A DNA stretch of 63,279 nt, counting the filler. It is 9 parts of 9 records of this genome, joined end to end, with 100 filler letters (N's around TTAATTAATTAA, not from the genome) between each part and the next. Parts side by side here need not be neighbours in the genome. Positions count along the whole stretch, not along the records: positions 31,952 to 38,134 come from SRR20825010_2909; positions 38,235 to 43,885 come from SRR20825010_2911; 7 more parts are not named here. One strand, written 5' to 3'. The notes below the pieces were generated by a model. The model was given only the letters and a program-made list of their open reading frames with translations. It made no database searches and was not told where the DNA came from. Of this stretch, positions 31,952 to 42,836 are shown piece after piece. Position numbers and translations under genes: made by a program. Position 1 is the first letter of the stretch. Each line of letters begins with the position of its first letter.

Positions 31952-32521
31952 ATGCCCTATCTGCATCTGCCGGTGCAATCGGGTTCAGACAGCATCCTGC
32001 ATGCGATGAACCGCCAACACACGGCCGAGCATTATATCCGCCTGATCGAGCGCATCCGCGCCGCGCGCCCCGATATCGCATTGTCGTCCGATTTCATTGT
32101 CGGTTTTCCCGGTGAGACAGATGCCGATTTCGAAGCCACACTCGCGCTGATCCGCGAGGTTGGTTTCGTGCAGGCCTATTCCTTCAAATACAGCCCTCGT
32201 CCGGGCACACCTGCCGCGACACGCGATGAGCAGGTGGAGGAAGCAGTCAAGGCCGAGCGCCTGCAACGTCTGCAAGCGCTGGTCGCCGAACAGCAACTGG
32301 CATTCAACCGTTCCTGCGCTGGCCGTCGTTTGCCGGTTCTTTTTGACCGGCGTGGCCGTACGCCGACCCAGCTTGTCGGACGCAGCCCCTACCTCCAGTC
32401 AGTACATATCGACAATGCGCCGGCGGAGCTTTTTGGCCAGATCGCCGAAATCGATATCGAGGAAGGATTTGCCATGTCTCTCCGTGGCCGTATCGCAAAA
32501 ACCGAAACGGCCATGGTTTGA
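31952..32521 (+). CDS. miaB: tRNA-2-methylthio-N6-isopentenyladenosine synthase, C-terminal part
   Basis: [36 protein letters not shown]; upstream of phoH. Confidence 0.93.
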   Translation: MPYLHLPVQSGSDSILHAMNRQHTAEHYIRLIERIRAARPDIALSSDFIVGFPGETDADFEATLALIREVGFVQAYSFKYSPRPGTPAATRDEQVEEAVKAERLQRLQALVAEQQLAFNRSCAGRRLPVLFDRRGRTPTQLVGRSPYLQSVHIDNAPAELFGQIAEIDIEEGFAMSLRGRIAKTETAMV

Positions 32522-32589
32522 AGTTCACGTCCCTTATCTTCTCGTTTCGTGTCTTGGAGGCAAGCACGGAACCTTCTTGAAAGGACAGG

Positions 32590-33624
32590 TTGCAGTTGGG
32601 CGCATCGAACCAGGTGAATACATCAGGCGGCGGAACAGTCATTTTGAGGGAAGGTGACAATCTCGTCATCGCCTTTGATGACAATCAGCTTCTGACAGAA
32701 CTTTTCGGCGAACATGATCAGCATCTCGCCCGTATCGAGGAAGGTCTGGGTGTTCATGCAAGTTCGCGGGGAAATAAACTGGTTGTCACCGGAAAGCCCA
32801 AAGCGCGCGAACAGGCCGACCGTGTATTTCGCGAGCTTTATCAGCGGCTCAAATCGGGTCTCGATGTGACTGCCGGCGATGTGGATGGTGCTATCAGGAT
32901 GTCGAAGACGTCTCAGAACGATGATGGCGCCAATTCCACGGGACGGATGATCCAGACTAAGAAGCGCTCGATCGGCCCGCGCTCGGCAACTCAGAAAGAC
33001 TATATTGAAGCGCTGATGAGCAACGAGCTCGTCTTCGGCGTTGGACCAGCTGGCACGGGCAAGACCTATCTGGCAGTAGCGGTTGCCGTCCAGATGCTTC
33101 TCCAGAAGCGGGTAGATCGTATCATTCTCTCGCGACCTGCTGTTGAGGCAGGTGAAAAGCTTGGTTTCCTCCCTGGTGATCTGAAAGAGAAGATCGATCC
33201 TTATCTGCGCCCGCTTTATGACGCTCTCTACGACACATTGCCGGGCGAACAGGTGGTCAAGGAAATCGAGAGCGGAGTCATCGAAGTCGCCCCGCTGGCC
33301 TTTATGCGTGGTCGTACATTGGCCAATTCCTATGTCATTCTGGATGAAGCCCAGAACACGACACCGGTGCAGATGAAGATGTTTCTGACCCGTCTGGGTG
33401 AGAATAGCCGTATGGCCGTCACTGGCGATCCCAGTCAGGTGGACCTGCCGTTGGGGGCCAAATCAGGACTAGGTGACGCTCTGAGCGTATTGGGTGATAT
33501 TCCCGGTGTTGCGACTGTGCGTTTTACCGATGCTGATGTGGTGCGCCACCCCCTCGTGACAAAGGTGGTGAAGGCCTATAATGCCCGAGATCGGGGATTA
33601 CTTGATCCGCGCGGCCGTGAGTGA
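32590..33624 (+). CDS. phoH: PhoH-family ATPase
   Basis: GPAGTGKT, LGFLPGDL, MRGRTL, LDEAQN; start uncertain. Confidence 0.93.
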   Translation: MQLGASNQVNTSGGGTVILREGDNLVIAFDDNQLLTELFGEHDQHLARIEEGLGVHASSRGNKLVVTGKPKAREQADRVFRELYQRLKSGLDVTAGDVDGAIRMSKTSQNDDGANSTGRMIQTKKRSIGPRSATQKDYIEALMSNELVFGVGPAGTGKTYLAVAVAVQMLLQKRVDRIILSRPAVEAGEKLGFLPGDLKEKIDPYLRPLYDALYDTLPGEQVVKEIESGVIEVAPLAFMRGRTLANSYVILDEAQNTTPVQMKMFLTRLGENSRMAVTGDPSQVDLPLGAKSGLGDALSVLGDIPGVATVRFTDADVVRHPLVTKVVKAYNARDRGLLDPRGRE

Positions 33625-33681
33625 CACACATCATGGCTGGATATGACATGAGACGAGGAAAGCGATGAACGGCGGTCGAAT

Positions 33682-34257
33682 ATGAGTGGCCGACAATCGG
33701 CCGGAGCCAAGCAGCCCCTTGATGGAGCAACGCCTGTCTCTGGTCTCGATATCGACATTATGTGCGAAGCGGGCGAATGGCCGGGCGGTGCGGAAGAAAC
33801 CGTACGTCGTGCCGCAGAGCATGCCTATGTCGTCGCCGGTCCCTCCGAAGATGCTGAATTGTGTATTGTGCTGGCAAATGACGAATTCGTTCAGGCGCTG
33901 AACAAGACCTATCGCGGCAAGGACAAGCCGACCAATGTCCTGTCTTTCCCGACCGGCGGCATACCCTATGCCGTGGGGGGCGAGCCACTGGCTGACCTGG
34001 GGCCACATCTGCTGGGCGATGTTGTGCTTGCGCTTGAGACGATTGAGCGTGAAGCGATTGAGCAGCAGAAAACCTTCAGCCATCACCTCACCCATCTTGT
34101 TGTTCACGGGGTTCTGCACCTTTTGGGGCAGGATCATGAGGAAGATGGAGAGGCAGAAGAAATGGAAGCCATGGAGCGCGATATTCTCGAAGATCTCGAT
34201 ATTGCCGATCCATATGAATCCGACACGCTTCCCAACATGCGCGACGCTGATGCCTGA
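33682..34257 (+). CDS. ybeY: rRNA maturation endoribonuclease
   Basis: DKPTNVLSFP, HGVLHLLGQDH. Confidence 0.95.
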   Translation: MSGRQSAGAKQPLDGATPVSGLDIDIMCEAGEWPGGAEETVRRAAEHAYVVAGPSEDAELCIVLANDEFVQALNKTYRGKDKPTNVLSFPTGGIPYAVGGEPLADLGPHLLGDVVLALETIEREAIEQQKTFSHHLTHLVVHGVLHLLGQDHEEDGEAEEMEAMERDILEDLDIADPYESDTLPNMRDADA

Positions 34258-35314
34258 CAGTCTGAACGATATTCCGCCCTCAACATCCGATGGCAATAGC
34301 CCTGAACTCTCGCCCCGCGGGGCTGGTCACGGCCTGAAATCCTTTTGGCGCAAGCTGATCGGGATTCCCTCCGCTAGCGATCCGACTTTGCGCGAAAGTC
34401 TGGAAGAGGCGCTTGAAGGGCATGACGAGACCGGCCGCACGCTGACGCCGGAAGAGCGTCATATGCTTGGCAATATCCTCAGCTTTGGTGAGCTGCGTGT
34501 GGATGATGTGATGGTGCCGCGTGCCGATGTCGTTGCTGTCGAAGAAGGCGCAGGCATCAACGAATTGCTGCGCGTCTATAGTGAAGCCAATCATTCGCGC
34601 ATGCCGATCTATCGCGAAACACTCGATGATCCGGTTGGCATGGTTCATATCAAGGATGTCGTGGCATTTCTCACGCCACCCGATGACGCGAACGAAAATG
34701 ATCGCAAGGTGCCACCTCGCATTTTCGCGTTGAAGAACATTCGTCGCGATGTGCTTTTTGTGCCGCCTTCCATGCCCGCTCTCGATCTGCTGGTCAAAAT
34801 GCAGGCGACCCGCATCCATCTGGCGCTTGTCATCGACGAATATGGCGGGACAGATGGCCTTGTCTCGATTGAGGATCTGGTCGAGGAAATTGTCGGGGAT
34901 ATCGAGGACGAGCACGACACGGATGAAGGTCCAACACTCGCGACCCGCGCCGATGGAACGATCGACGCAGATGCGCGTGCCTCGATTGACGAGTTGGAAG
35001 ATATGCTCGGCCTCAAACTTGTCGATGAAGATAGTGAGGATGATGTCGAGACTTTGGGAGGTCTGGTCTTTTCGCTCGTCGGCCGTGTGCCTGTCCGTGG
35101 CGAGTTGATTAAACATCCTTGTGGTATCGAGTTTGAGGTGCGTGACGCTGATCCACGCCGGATCAAGAAATTGCGGATACGGCTTGCCGTGCGGCCTGAC
35201 AAATCATCTTCGGATAAGACCGAAACCGGTAAAGCCGGAGCGGTCGTACAAAAAGAACGGGATGAGGCAGCAATTGTGTCTTCAAAAAAACAATCAGATC
35301 GGGCTGCGGGCTGA
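34250..35314 (+). CDS. corC: HlyC/CorC CBS-domain protein
   Basis: Likely ATG 34250; [27 protein letters not shown]-terminal CorC domain. Confidence 0.88.
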   Translation: MPDSLNDIPPSTSDGNSPELSPRGAGHGLKSFWRKLIGIPSASDPTLRESLEEALEGHDETGRTLTPEERHMLGNILSFGELRVDDVMVPRADVVAVEEGAGINELLRVYSEANHSRMPIYRETLDDPVGMVHIKDVVAFLTPPDDANENDRKVPPRIFALKNIRRDVLFVPPSMPALDLLVKMQATRIHLALVIDEYGGTDGLVSIEDLVEEIVGDIEDEHDTDEGPTLATRADGTIDADARASIDELEDMLGLKLVDEDSEDDVETLGGLVFSLVGRVPVRGELIKHPCGIEFEVRDADPRRIKKLRIRLAVRPDKSSSDKTETGKAGAVVQKERDEAAIVSSKKQSDRAAG

Positions 35315-35317
35315 CCT

Positions 35318-37003
35318 ATGACATTAGAACGGGGCCTTGGCCTATTGCGTGACGCCTTGCGTCACCTTGCGCTTGATCTAGGGCTTCTCAATGCTTGGCA
35401 ACGGTGGGCCTGTGCTTTTCTGGCAGGTGGCTTGAGTGTGCTCGCCTTGCCTCCTGTGCATGTCTTTCCGGTTCTCTTTCTCACTATTCCCATTCTTGTC
35501 TGGTTATTGGATGGGTTGGAACGCCATGGGACGAACCTTACGCAGCGCGAAATGCTCCGTGCGTCAGGGGCGATCGGTTGGTGGTTCGGCTTTGGATATT
35601 TTCTCTGCGGGCTTTACTGGATCGGCTTTGCCTTCATGGTGGATGCTGACAAGTTCGCATTTCTTATGCCTTTTGCAGTGCTGGTGCTTCCCGCAGGTCT
35701 TGCAATTTTTGTAGCCGCACCCGTCATGCTGGCCCGACTTTTCTGGCCGCGTGGATATGCCCGCATCGTTTTCCTCGCCATTTTCTGGGCGGCAGCAGAA
35801 TGGCTGCGGGGCCATGTGCTGACAGGCTTTCCCTGGAATTTGATCGGCGAGAGCTTCACTTCATCTTTGTCCCTCATGCAATGGGCGGCCTTCGTCGGTC
35901 CTTACGGGCTTTCGATCATCACCTTACTGATTGTTGCAGCTCCTGCAGCATTCGATCCGCGCGATGACATCCGATATGGTGAGGATCATACGGGATGGGC
36001 AGCGCATTGGCGCGACTGGGCTGTGAGCATGACGGCACTAGCGGCTTTGCTCATGCTTTGGATTGGCGGCACTGCACGTTTGGCGCTGGCCGCGCCCGAA
36101 CCTGCCATCGGCCCCGACACTGTGATGCTGCGTCTTGTGCAACCCAATGTCGCCCAGACTTTGAAATGGAAACCGGAATCCCGCATGGCTGTGCTGGGCG
36201 AATTCCTCCGTCTTAGTGCAAAGCCGACAGCGGCAGCGCCCAAGGGTCTCACGTCCCGTACAATTGTCCTCTGGCCGGAATCTGCCCTTGCGATTTTTCT
36301 CGCTCGTGAACCATTTGTGCTCTCGGCCATTTCGCGCATTCTGCCGGAAGGCGCTTTGCTGATGACAGGCAGCGTGCGTGGCGAACCCGCACCCGATGCG
36401 CCTGATGACCGGCTACAGCATTTTTATAATTCGCTTTATGTAGTGGATGACGAAGGTCGCATCATCGGAACCTATGACAAGGCTCATCTTGTCCCCTTCG
36501 GTGAATATCTTCCCTATCACCGTTGGTTGGAAAAAATCGGCCTGAGAAAGCTCACGCAGCTGCAGGGCAGTTTTGACGAAGGACCGGGGCCTCGCACAAT
36601 GAGCCTCCCGGACATGCCTTCTGTCAGTCCGCTTATTTGCTACGAGATTATTTTTCCAGGCGCAGTTGTTTCTACAGAGCGACGTCCGGCATGGATTGCC
36701 AATGTTACCAATGACGCATGGTTCGGCACATCAAGTGGTCCATATCAGCATCTTTCGCAGACCCGTTTGCGGGCCGTTGAGCAAGGTCTGCCGGTGGCGC
36801 GCGCTGCCAATACGGGTATTTCTGCTGTGATTGATGCCTATGGGCGGATTGTGGTGGAACAGCCGCTCAATACCGAAGGCGTGATCGATGCCGCATTGCC
36901 CGTGGCGCTGGCTCCCACACCTTATGCCCGGTTTGGGGATTGGATTTTCCTTAGCTTGCTTGTTCTTGCAGGTGCCGGTGTTGCGGTCACGCAAAGGCGC
37001 TAG
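35318..37003 (+). CDS. lnt: Apolipoprotein N-acyltransferase
   Basis: [38 protein letters not shown]. Confidence 0.95.
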   Translation: MTLERGLGLLRDALRHLALDLGLLNAWQRWACAFLAGGLSVLALPPVHVFPVLFLTIPILVWLLDGLERHGTNLTQREMLRASGAIGWWFGFGYFLCGLYWIGFAFMVDADKFAFLMPFAVLVLPAGLAIFVAAPVMLARLFWPRGYARIVFLAIFWAAAEWLRGHVLTGFPWNLIGESFTSSLSLMQWAAFVGPYGLSIITLLIVAAPAAFDPRDDIRYGEDHTGWAAHWRDWAVSMTALAALLMLWIGGTARLALAAPEPAIGPDTVMLRLVQPNVAQTLKWKPESRMAVLGEFLRLSAKPTAAAPKGLTSRTIVLWPESALAIFLAREPFVLSAISRILPEGALLMTGSVRGEPAPDAPDDRLQHFYNSLYVVDDEGRIIGTYDKAHLVPFGEYLPYHRWLEKIGLRKLTQLQGSFDEGPGPRTMSLPDMPSVSPLICYEIIFPGAVVSTERRPAWIANVTNDAWFGTSSGPYQHLSQTRLRAVEQGLPVARAANTGISAVIDAYGRIVVEQPLNTEGVIDAALPVALAPTPYARFGDWIFLSLLVLAGAGVAVTQRR

Positions 37004-37149
37004 CAAGCGAACGCCGCTTTGGCGCAGGGTTGGACAATTTTCCACTTGCACAAACACCACCTTTAGGTTGTGTTTTGGTGTGTTAAAACGTCTGTGGTTG
37101 CATGGGCTGAGATGTCATGCAGGCGGACCGATAGAATTAAAGGTTTCTG

Positions 37150-37656
37150 GTGCCTAGGAAATTGCCCAATCCGATCGACGTTCATGTCGGCAGCCGTGTG
37201 CGAATGCGCCGGATGCTTATTACCATGAGCCAGGAAAAGCTGGGCGACAGCCTTGGGCTGACGTTCCAGCAGGTCCAGAAATACGAGAAGGGCTCTAATC
37301 GCATCGGCGCGAGCCGCCTTTATCAGATTGCCCGTGTGCTCGGCGTGCCGATTTCCTTCTTTTACGAGGGTTTATCGGGCGACGGCGAAGGTGGTGGCGA
37401 GATTGATCAGGCTGAGGCCGACCAGAGCGCCTTCGAGTTGGATATGCTGTCTTCTTCTGAGGGTATTCAGCTCAATAGCGCCTTTTTCTCAATCCGTGAT
37501 CCCAAAGTCCGTAAGAAAATCCTCGAACTCGTGAAGGCTTTGGGCGCTACAGAGGGCCTTGATGAGGAGGATGACGCTGAATCTCGCCCCGCCTCAATGC
37601 CCGATGGAGCCATTGGCGAAGGTGTTGATGACGCAGATGAGGAAGACACCGAATAG
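37150..37656 (+). CDS. XRE-family HTH regulator
   Basis: PIDVHVGSRVR...LTFQQVQKYEKG; usual lnt-HTH-metK order of alphaproteobacteria; acidic tail. Confidence 0.9.
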   Translation: MPRKLPNPIDVHVGSRVRMRRMLITMSQEKLGDSLGLTFQQVQKYEKGSNRIGASRLYQIARVLGVPISFFYEGLSGDGEGGGEIDQAEADQSAFELDMLSSSEGIQLNSAFFSIRDPKVRKKILELVKALGATEGLDEEDDAESRPASMPDGAIGEGVDDADEEDTE

Positions 37657-37777
37657 TGGTGTTTTAGGTTCCAGTTGACCCGCCTCTTGATCCTTGCAAA
37701 AACAGGCCACCAAAAAGCATCAGCGCAGGCTTGAGCGTTGAAGAACAGCCGTCATTTTCCGAATAAGGGGCACGACA

Positions 37778-38134
37778 TTGGCACGGTCAAACTATCTGTT
37801 TACGAGTGAATCTGTATCCGAAGGTCATCCCGACAAAGTCTGTGACCGCATTTCTGATGCCGTGCTCGATCTCTATCTCACCGCCGACCCCTATGCGCGT
37901 GTGGCTTGCGAAACGCTTACCACCACCAACAAGATTGTGCTGGCTGGCGAAGTACGCGGACCTGCAAGCATCACAAAAGAACTGATCGAACAGACAGCAC
38001 GCAATGCCGTGAAGGAAATCGGTTACGAGCAGGAAGGCTTCCATTGGAAGAACGCTTCCGTCGATGTTCTGCTGCATGCTCAGTCGGCCCATATTGCGCA
38101 GGGCGTTGATGCCGCTGGCAATAAGGATGAAGGC
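37778..38134 (+). CDS. metK: S-adenosylmethionine synthetase, N-terminal part
   Basis: [20 protein letters not shown]. Confidence 0.96.
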
Positions 38135-38234
38135 NNNNNNNNNNNNNNNNNNNNNNNNNNNNNNNNNNNNNNNNNNNNTTAATTAATTAANNNNNNNNNN
38201 NNNNNNNNNNNNNNNNNNNNNNNNNNNNNNNNNN
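38135..38234. other. Artificial contig linker
   Basis: N44-TTAATTAATTAA-N44. Confidence 0.99.
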
Positions 38235-38582
38235 AAAATCCGCAAGGCAAAAACCGATCCGGAACCGCTGCCATCAGAGGCCGCCGGTCTTGAAGGCCGC
38301 CCGGAAGCCAAGAACCTGATCACGATCTTTGCCGCCCTGACCGACAGCACGGTTGATGCGGTTTTGGCCGAACATGGTGGAACACAGTTCTCGGGCTTCA
38401 AACAGTCCCTGACAGATGTGGTTGTGGATAAACTGGCCCCGATTACCGAGAAAATGGCCCGTCTGAATGACGATCCTGCCTATATCGATAGCGCCTTGGC
38501 CAAAGGTGCCGAACGTGCCAACGCGATTGCCCAGCCGATCCTCAAAGAGGTCAAAGAACTTGTCGGCTTTTTAAACAGCTAG
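38235..38582 (+). CDS. trpS: Tryptophan--tRNA ligase, C-terminal part
   Basis: KIRKAKTDPEPLP...RPEAKNL...FKQSLTD...GAERANAIA. Confidence 0.9.
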   Translation, partial: KIRKAKTDPEPLPSEAAGLEGRPEAKNLITIFAALTDSTVDAVLAEHGGTQFSGFKQSLTDVVVDKLAPITEKMARLNDDPAYIDSALAKGAERANAIAQPILKEVKELVGFLNS

Positions 38583-38604
38583 TCTGTTCGCAAACCAGAT
38601 GAAC

Positions 38605-38638
38605 AAAAGCCCGCTTATCGATGATAAGTGGGCTTTTT
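38605..38638. terminator. Bidirectional intrinsic terminator
   Basis: AAAAGCCCGCTTATC-GAT-GATAAGTGGGCTTTTT between convergent genes. Confidence 0.85.
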
Positions 38639-38673
38639 CATTTCAAGGCTTCCGTGTTCAGTTCGGAAACTAA

Positions 38674-40206
38674 TCAGATCGATCCGCCAGAAGGCTGGGA
38701 TTGTTTTTGCATCGCCTGATACTTTTTCAGGCCATCCATCATGGTCTGGCTAAACCACGCGCCAACAGGTTCATCCCCTTCAAGATGGGATGACGCACGC
38801 TGCATCAGCGGATGCACCGCGGGATCGGCACCAACCTCATTTTGAACCGCGATGTTAGCGCTATCATCGTTGGTATAGCTGGTGTTTTGGCTGGTCTGGC
38901 GGGCCGTCATACGCCCCTGATCAGCAACAGCATTGCTACTCGCAACGGATTCGGCTGCCATGGTCTGGGCTTTTTCCCGACCAAGGGCAGCATTAAACCG
39001 TGCAGCCATTTCTGCCGCCGAAAGCGGTGCAGCGCCAGAACGCAGATCAGGCAGAGTTGGCGCAGCAGGACGACCTGCCACATTATCGGTCGTCGCCGTG
39101 CTTGCCCTTTCCGCCAAAGCATTCTCGGAGGATTGCTTATCTGTTTTTCCCGCAGAAAGCTTTGCCTGTCGGGCTTCGTACTGTGCCATTTCAGCAGAAA
39201 TAACCATCGTATTTGATTGACGGCTAAATCGTCCTTCACTTTGCGCCCGCGCCCAGACGGTATTCCCGCCTTCATTGCTAAAGCTTGCTCGCGGAAGTGC
39301 GTCGGCCGAGGCCGAGTTTGCGGCAACCGTCTGTGCAAATGTTAATGCCGGGTTTGTTGTGCCAGCCGATGCCATGGCAACGGCCAGTTCTGCAGGATCA
39401 GAATCCTGGTTTTGCTCAGAGGCAGAAGCAGGTGCGGCTTCGGTCTGTGCTTGTAATTGCGCCTGCAACAAAGGGTTTGGGGCCGGTGTTGGCGCAAAAG
39501 CCATTGCAGCAGCATTTTGTGCCCACGGCAGGTTTAACTCGGACGCATTGATCACGTTTGTAACCGGTACATCGGGTGATCCAGCAGAGGCCAAAACAAC
39601 CTGATCGACCGGCGCCATTGGTGCGGCCTGTACGATGGTTGCCTGCTCAGCCGGGTTTGCGGCAAAACTTGATGGTGCATTGTTCGCGGCCATCCAGGGC
39701 AGAACCAGATCCTCTTGGTATCCGCCAAGGGCGGATAGCGTCGTCGTTGCTGTTGCCGGATTTTCAGATGCATCGGCAATGGCAGTACCATCGTCACGCG
39801 GGCTGCCATTAAAGCTGTCTTCGACAAATGCCATAACATGGGCACCGGTATCTTCACCGGTCACCGCATCAACAACCGCATCAATCGCAGCACCGGCAAG
39901 ACCAAATACCCCACCGAACAAGCCGCCACCGACCACGCGCGCGCCATTGCCCAATTCATCGCCGGTCAAAGAACGATAGACCATTCCGACGCCCGGAATA
40001 TGCTGCAGTGGATTAATCACATCGAGGAAATCGGTGAATTCAAACCCGTCTTCTCCGAACATATAGTCAGAAAAGCTCCGGCCTTCCGTGCTATCGGAAA
40101 GCTGATTGGCCACGTTCGACTGCGCAAACTTGTCGCTTGCGACGTCCCCCGCCACACCCGGAATACTACCGGGCGATATTTGCCGCCAATTTGCACCAAT
40201 CGACAT
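38674..40206 (-). CDS. Hypothetical protein with a structured N-terminal motif and a long Ala/Ser/Pro-rich linker
   Basis: GAGGAGG RBS; FTDFLDVINPLQHIPGVGMVYRSLTGD...GGGLFGG; C-terminal MMDGLKKY. Confidence 0.8.
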   Translation of the reverse strand: MSIGANWRQISPGSIPGVAGDVASDKFAQSNVANQLSDSTEGRSFSDYMFGEDGFEFTDFLDVINPLQHIPGVGMVYRSLTGDELGNGARVVGGGLFGGVFGLAGAAIDAVVDAVTGEDTGAHVMAFVEDSFNGSPRDDGTAIADASENPATATTTLSALGGYQEDLVLPWMAANNAPSSFAANPAEQATIVQAAPMAPVDQVVLASAGSPDVPVTNVINASELNLPWAQNAAAMAFAPTPAPNPLLQAQLQAQTEAAPASASEQNQDSDPAELAVAMASAGTTNPALTFAQTVAANSASADALPRASFSNEGGNTVWARAQSEGRFSRQSNTMVISAEMAQYEARQAKLSAGKTDKQSSENALAERASTATTDNVAGRPAAPTLPDLRSGAAPLSAAEMAARFNAALGREKAQTMAAESVASSNAVADQGRMTARQTSQNTSYTNDDSANIAVQNEVGADPAVHPLMQRASSHLEGDEPVGAWFSQTMMDGLKKYQAMQKQSQPSGGSI

Positions 40207-40232
40207 GATTGTCCTCCTCTTGCCAGTTAATT

Positions 40233-40248
40233 TGCAAAAGGGGTGCCA
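40233..40248 (-). promoter_or_regulatory. Sigma54 (-24/-12) promoter
   Basis: Minus strand TGGCAC-CCCTT-TTGCA, exact consensus, 26 nt upstream of the ATG at 40206. Confidence 0.8.
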
Positions 40249-40368
40249 GTTTTGATCATGGATAAGTTATTGGAAAATATTATTATTTTGAAAATCCGAT
40301 CCACGGCATTCCTGCCTGTCGGAATCTTCTGCCGGGTAGCAGCGGCACATTTAAACGAAGCGCACCGT

Positions 40369-41526
40369 TTAGAACAAATGCCCGGCCCGGTCCTTTTTGG
40401 TCTGAAGATAGAATTCATTATGGCCATTGGACGGAAATTTGTGCGGAACGCGTTCTGAGACCTTAACACCCCAGCTTTCCAACCCTTTGAGCTTTTCCGG
40501 GTTGTTGGTCAGAAGGCGGACAGTTTCAAAGCCCAGCTGACGCAACATTTCTGCCGCCGGACGATAAACACGCTCATCAGCATCAAAGCCAAGTTCTTCA
40601 TTGGCATCAAGCGTATCAAATCCGCGATCCTGTAATGCATAGGCACGCAGTTTGTTGACCAGCCCAATACCACGGCCTTCCTGACGCAGATAGAGGACAA
40701 TACCCCCCTGCCCGCTGCTTGCGATTTCCGAAATCGCCCCGCGCAACTGGGGTCCGCAATCACAACGAAGCGATCCGATCAAATCACCGGTAAAACATTC
40801 CGAATGCAGGCGGATCATGACCGGTTTGTCTTTGGCCGGTTCATCGATAACAATGGCCAAATGTTCCTGACCACCATCTTCGGGGCGAAACGCAATGACC
40901 GTCGCGTTTTCCGCATCTTCAAGGGGCACACGTGCCTGGCTAACCTCGCGCAGGCTTGCCGCCGATGCATTTTCATAACCATTGATGCTGTCAGACTGCA
41001 GAACCAGAAGGTTCTGCCCACGCGCCAGATTTTCCAACTGACCGGCATCGACCGATACCGTCACCACAGCAGGCAACAACCGGGCAAGCTTGGCCAAACG
41101 GATGGCTGCAGATTCTGCCATTGAAACAGCACGCCAGTCGCCAGCCGGCAGTTTTTCAAGATCAAGCAACGGATTGGCTATTTCGCCAAGTCGATCGGCA
41201 TCAATGTCTGCACGATCATTGCTGACAAAAGCGATGAAAGGATCATCCTTGCAGGCTTGGCCCAATGATTTTGCCCGAACACGCGGAATGACAATGGCCG
41301 GTGCAACATTAAGGTTTGCGATGTCACACAAACGATCAAAGCCAAGTTGCGACAACGGTTCCGCGGCGATAACAGCAACACTATGGGCTTCACCATCGTG
41401 ATGGCCCTGAACAAGAACGATTTCGCCGCGCCGCAAATCAGCCACGGCACGCGATACTGTCACCAGATCCGTGGCCGGGATCAGATTGCTGTCATTTTGG
41501 GCGGTTGTGGCAAAGCTTTGAGTCAT
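40369..41526 (-). CDS. ribA: GTP cyclohydrolase II with degenerate DHBP-synthase-like N-terminus
   Basis: RLHSECFTGD...SLRCDCG, QEGRGIGL, LLTNNP. Confidence 0.93.
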   Translation of the reverse strand: MTQSFATTAQNDSNLIPATDLVTVSRAVADLRRGEIVLVQGHHDGEAHSVAVIAAEPLSQLGFDRLCDIANLNVAPAIVIPRVRAKSLGQACKDDPFIAFVSNDRADIDADRLGEIANPLLDLEKLPAGDWRAVSMAESAAIRLAKLARLLPAVVTVSVDAGQLENLARGQNLLVLQSDSINGYENASAASLREVSQARVPLEDAENATVIAFRPEDGGQEHLAIVIDEPAKDKPVMIRLHSECFTGDLIGSLRCDCGPQLRGAISEIASSGQGGIVLYLRQEGRGIGLVNKLRAYALQDRGFDTLDANEELGFDADERVYRPAAEMLRQLGFETVRLLTNNPEKLKGLESWGVKVSERVPHKFPSNGHNEFYLQTKKDRAGHLF

Positions 41527-41925
41527 TGTTATCTTGTCTTTGTGATCACAACATCGCGATCCGGTGGCTATGGGGCTGGATAATGACCCGGATTAATTCA
41601 TATAACCGCTTTGGTCAGTCCGGTGTGTTGGCAAGCGAGGAGCAAAATCGCAGGAAGATTAACATCTTTCAAGATTTTACGACAAATTTGCCCTGTCATA
41701 CCGGTTTCCAATTCGATTGCATTAATTAATCCGGCTCCTACATAGGTCAATGGGTTAAAGCGAAACAGTTTGTTCTTGAAAATAGCTACTAAGACGCTGA
41801 TCCTAGAATACGCATTTTATATATGGCGGGCCTGACGCCGAAGTTCCACAAAAACAATGGTTCAAAACAGCATCAGTTCAGGCCCAATATATAGACGGGA
41901 TCTGGCAAGCAGCAAGGGATGGTGA

Positions 41926-42615
41926 ATGTCGACAGGTAAACAGGTTCTCGTGGTTGAGGACGATGCAGCTCTCAGCCAGTCTTTGACGGAACAGCTCCGA
42001 CTGCATGAAGAATTTGAATGTGTCGTTGCTCATAGTGGCAAGGATGCACTTGATGCCGCCAAGGAAACCTATTTCGATATGATCCTGCTTGATGTCGGGC
42101 TTCCTGATATGGATGGCCGTGATGTCTGCAAACTGATGCGTCGCGCGGGTGTGAAATCCCCGATCATCATGTTGACCGGGGCCAATAGTGATTCTGATAC
42201 CATTCTTGGTCTGGAATCGGGTGCCAATGATTATGTCACCAAACCATTCCGCCTCAATGTTCTTCTGGCGCGCATTCGGGCCCATATCCGCCAGCATGAA
42301 CAAAGCGAAGATGCCGTTTTCGTCATTGGCCCCTATAGCTTCCAGCCCAGTGCAAAAATTCTGATCGAAACCACGACCGAAAAGAAAGTCCGTCTGACGG
42401 AAAAGGAAACGTCGATCCTGAAATTCCTGTTCCGGGCTGGTGACAAGCCGGTCACCCGTGAAACGCTGCTTGATGAGGTTTGGGGCTACAATGCCGGTGT
42501 GACAACCCACACGCTTGAAACCCACGTCTATCGTTTGCGCCAAAAAATCGAGAAAGACCCATCGAATGCCGCGATCCTGATTACAGAACCTGGCGGATAT
42601 AAACTGATCCCCTAA
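41926..42615 (+). CDS. cenR: OmpR-family response regulator, CenR/OtpR-like
   Basis: EQLRLHEEF, LLDVGLPDMDGR, HEQSEDAVF, VWGYNAGVTTHTLETH; located between ribA and yggS. Confidence 0.78.
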   Translation: MSTGKQVLVVEDDAALSQSLTEQLRLHEEFECVVAHSGKDALDAAKETYFDMILLDVGLPDMDGRDVCKLMRRAGVKSPIIMLTGANSDSDTILGLESGANDYVTKPFRLNVLLARIRAHIRQHEQSEDAVFVIGPYSFQPSAKILIETTTEKKVRLTEKETSILKFLFRAGDKPVTRETLLDEVWGYNAGVTTHTLETHVYRLRQKIEKDPSNAAILITEPGGYKLIP

Positions 42616-42636
42616 TGGATTGTGAAACAGGCGAAT

Positions 42637-42666
42637 AAAAAAATCCCGGTAAAACGGGGTTTTTTT
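42637..42666 (+). terminator. Intrinsic terminator
   Basis: A-tract TCCCG...CGGGG T-tract after the stop. Confidence 0.7.
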
Positions 42667-42836
42667 GTCACAGATTATCTTCTCAGACGTCATTGAATCT
42701 GGGCTAATAATCCACAAAATTCGAAAATTCATGTTTATTGGATTACTGGCCATAATTTGTGCCATTTTGACCGTATAAAACACGATTTTGGACGTAATTG
42801 ATATTTTCAGACCTCAAAAGCAGGGGTTTCTACGAA

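Noticed and set aside
32590-33624. Functional link between phoH and the ptx/Pho-box region
   Set aside because: Separated by an artificial linker; phoH is in its ordinary miaB-phoH-ybeY context
33935-34249. N-terminal extension of CorC in the ORF track
   Set aside because: Overlaps ybeY out of frame; ATG 34250 next to the ybeY stop is the plausible start
37657-37777. SAM riboswitch upstream of metK
   Set aside because: I could not find the SAM-II or SAM-I conserved elements by eye
41878-42783. 301-aa minus-strand ORF
   Set aside because: Antisense to the well-supported response regulator
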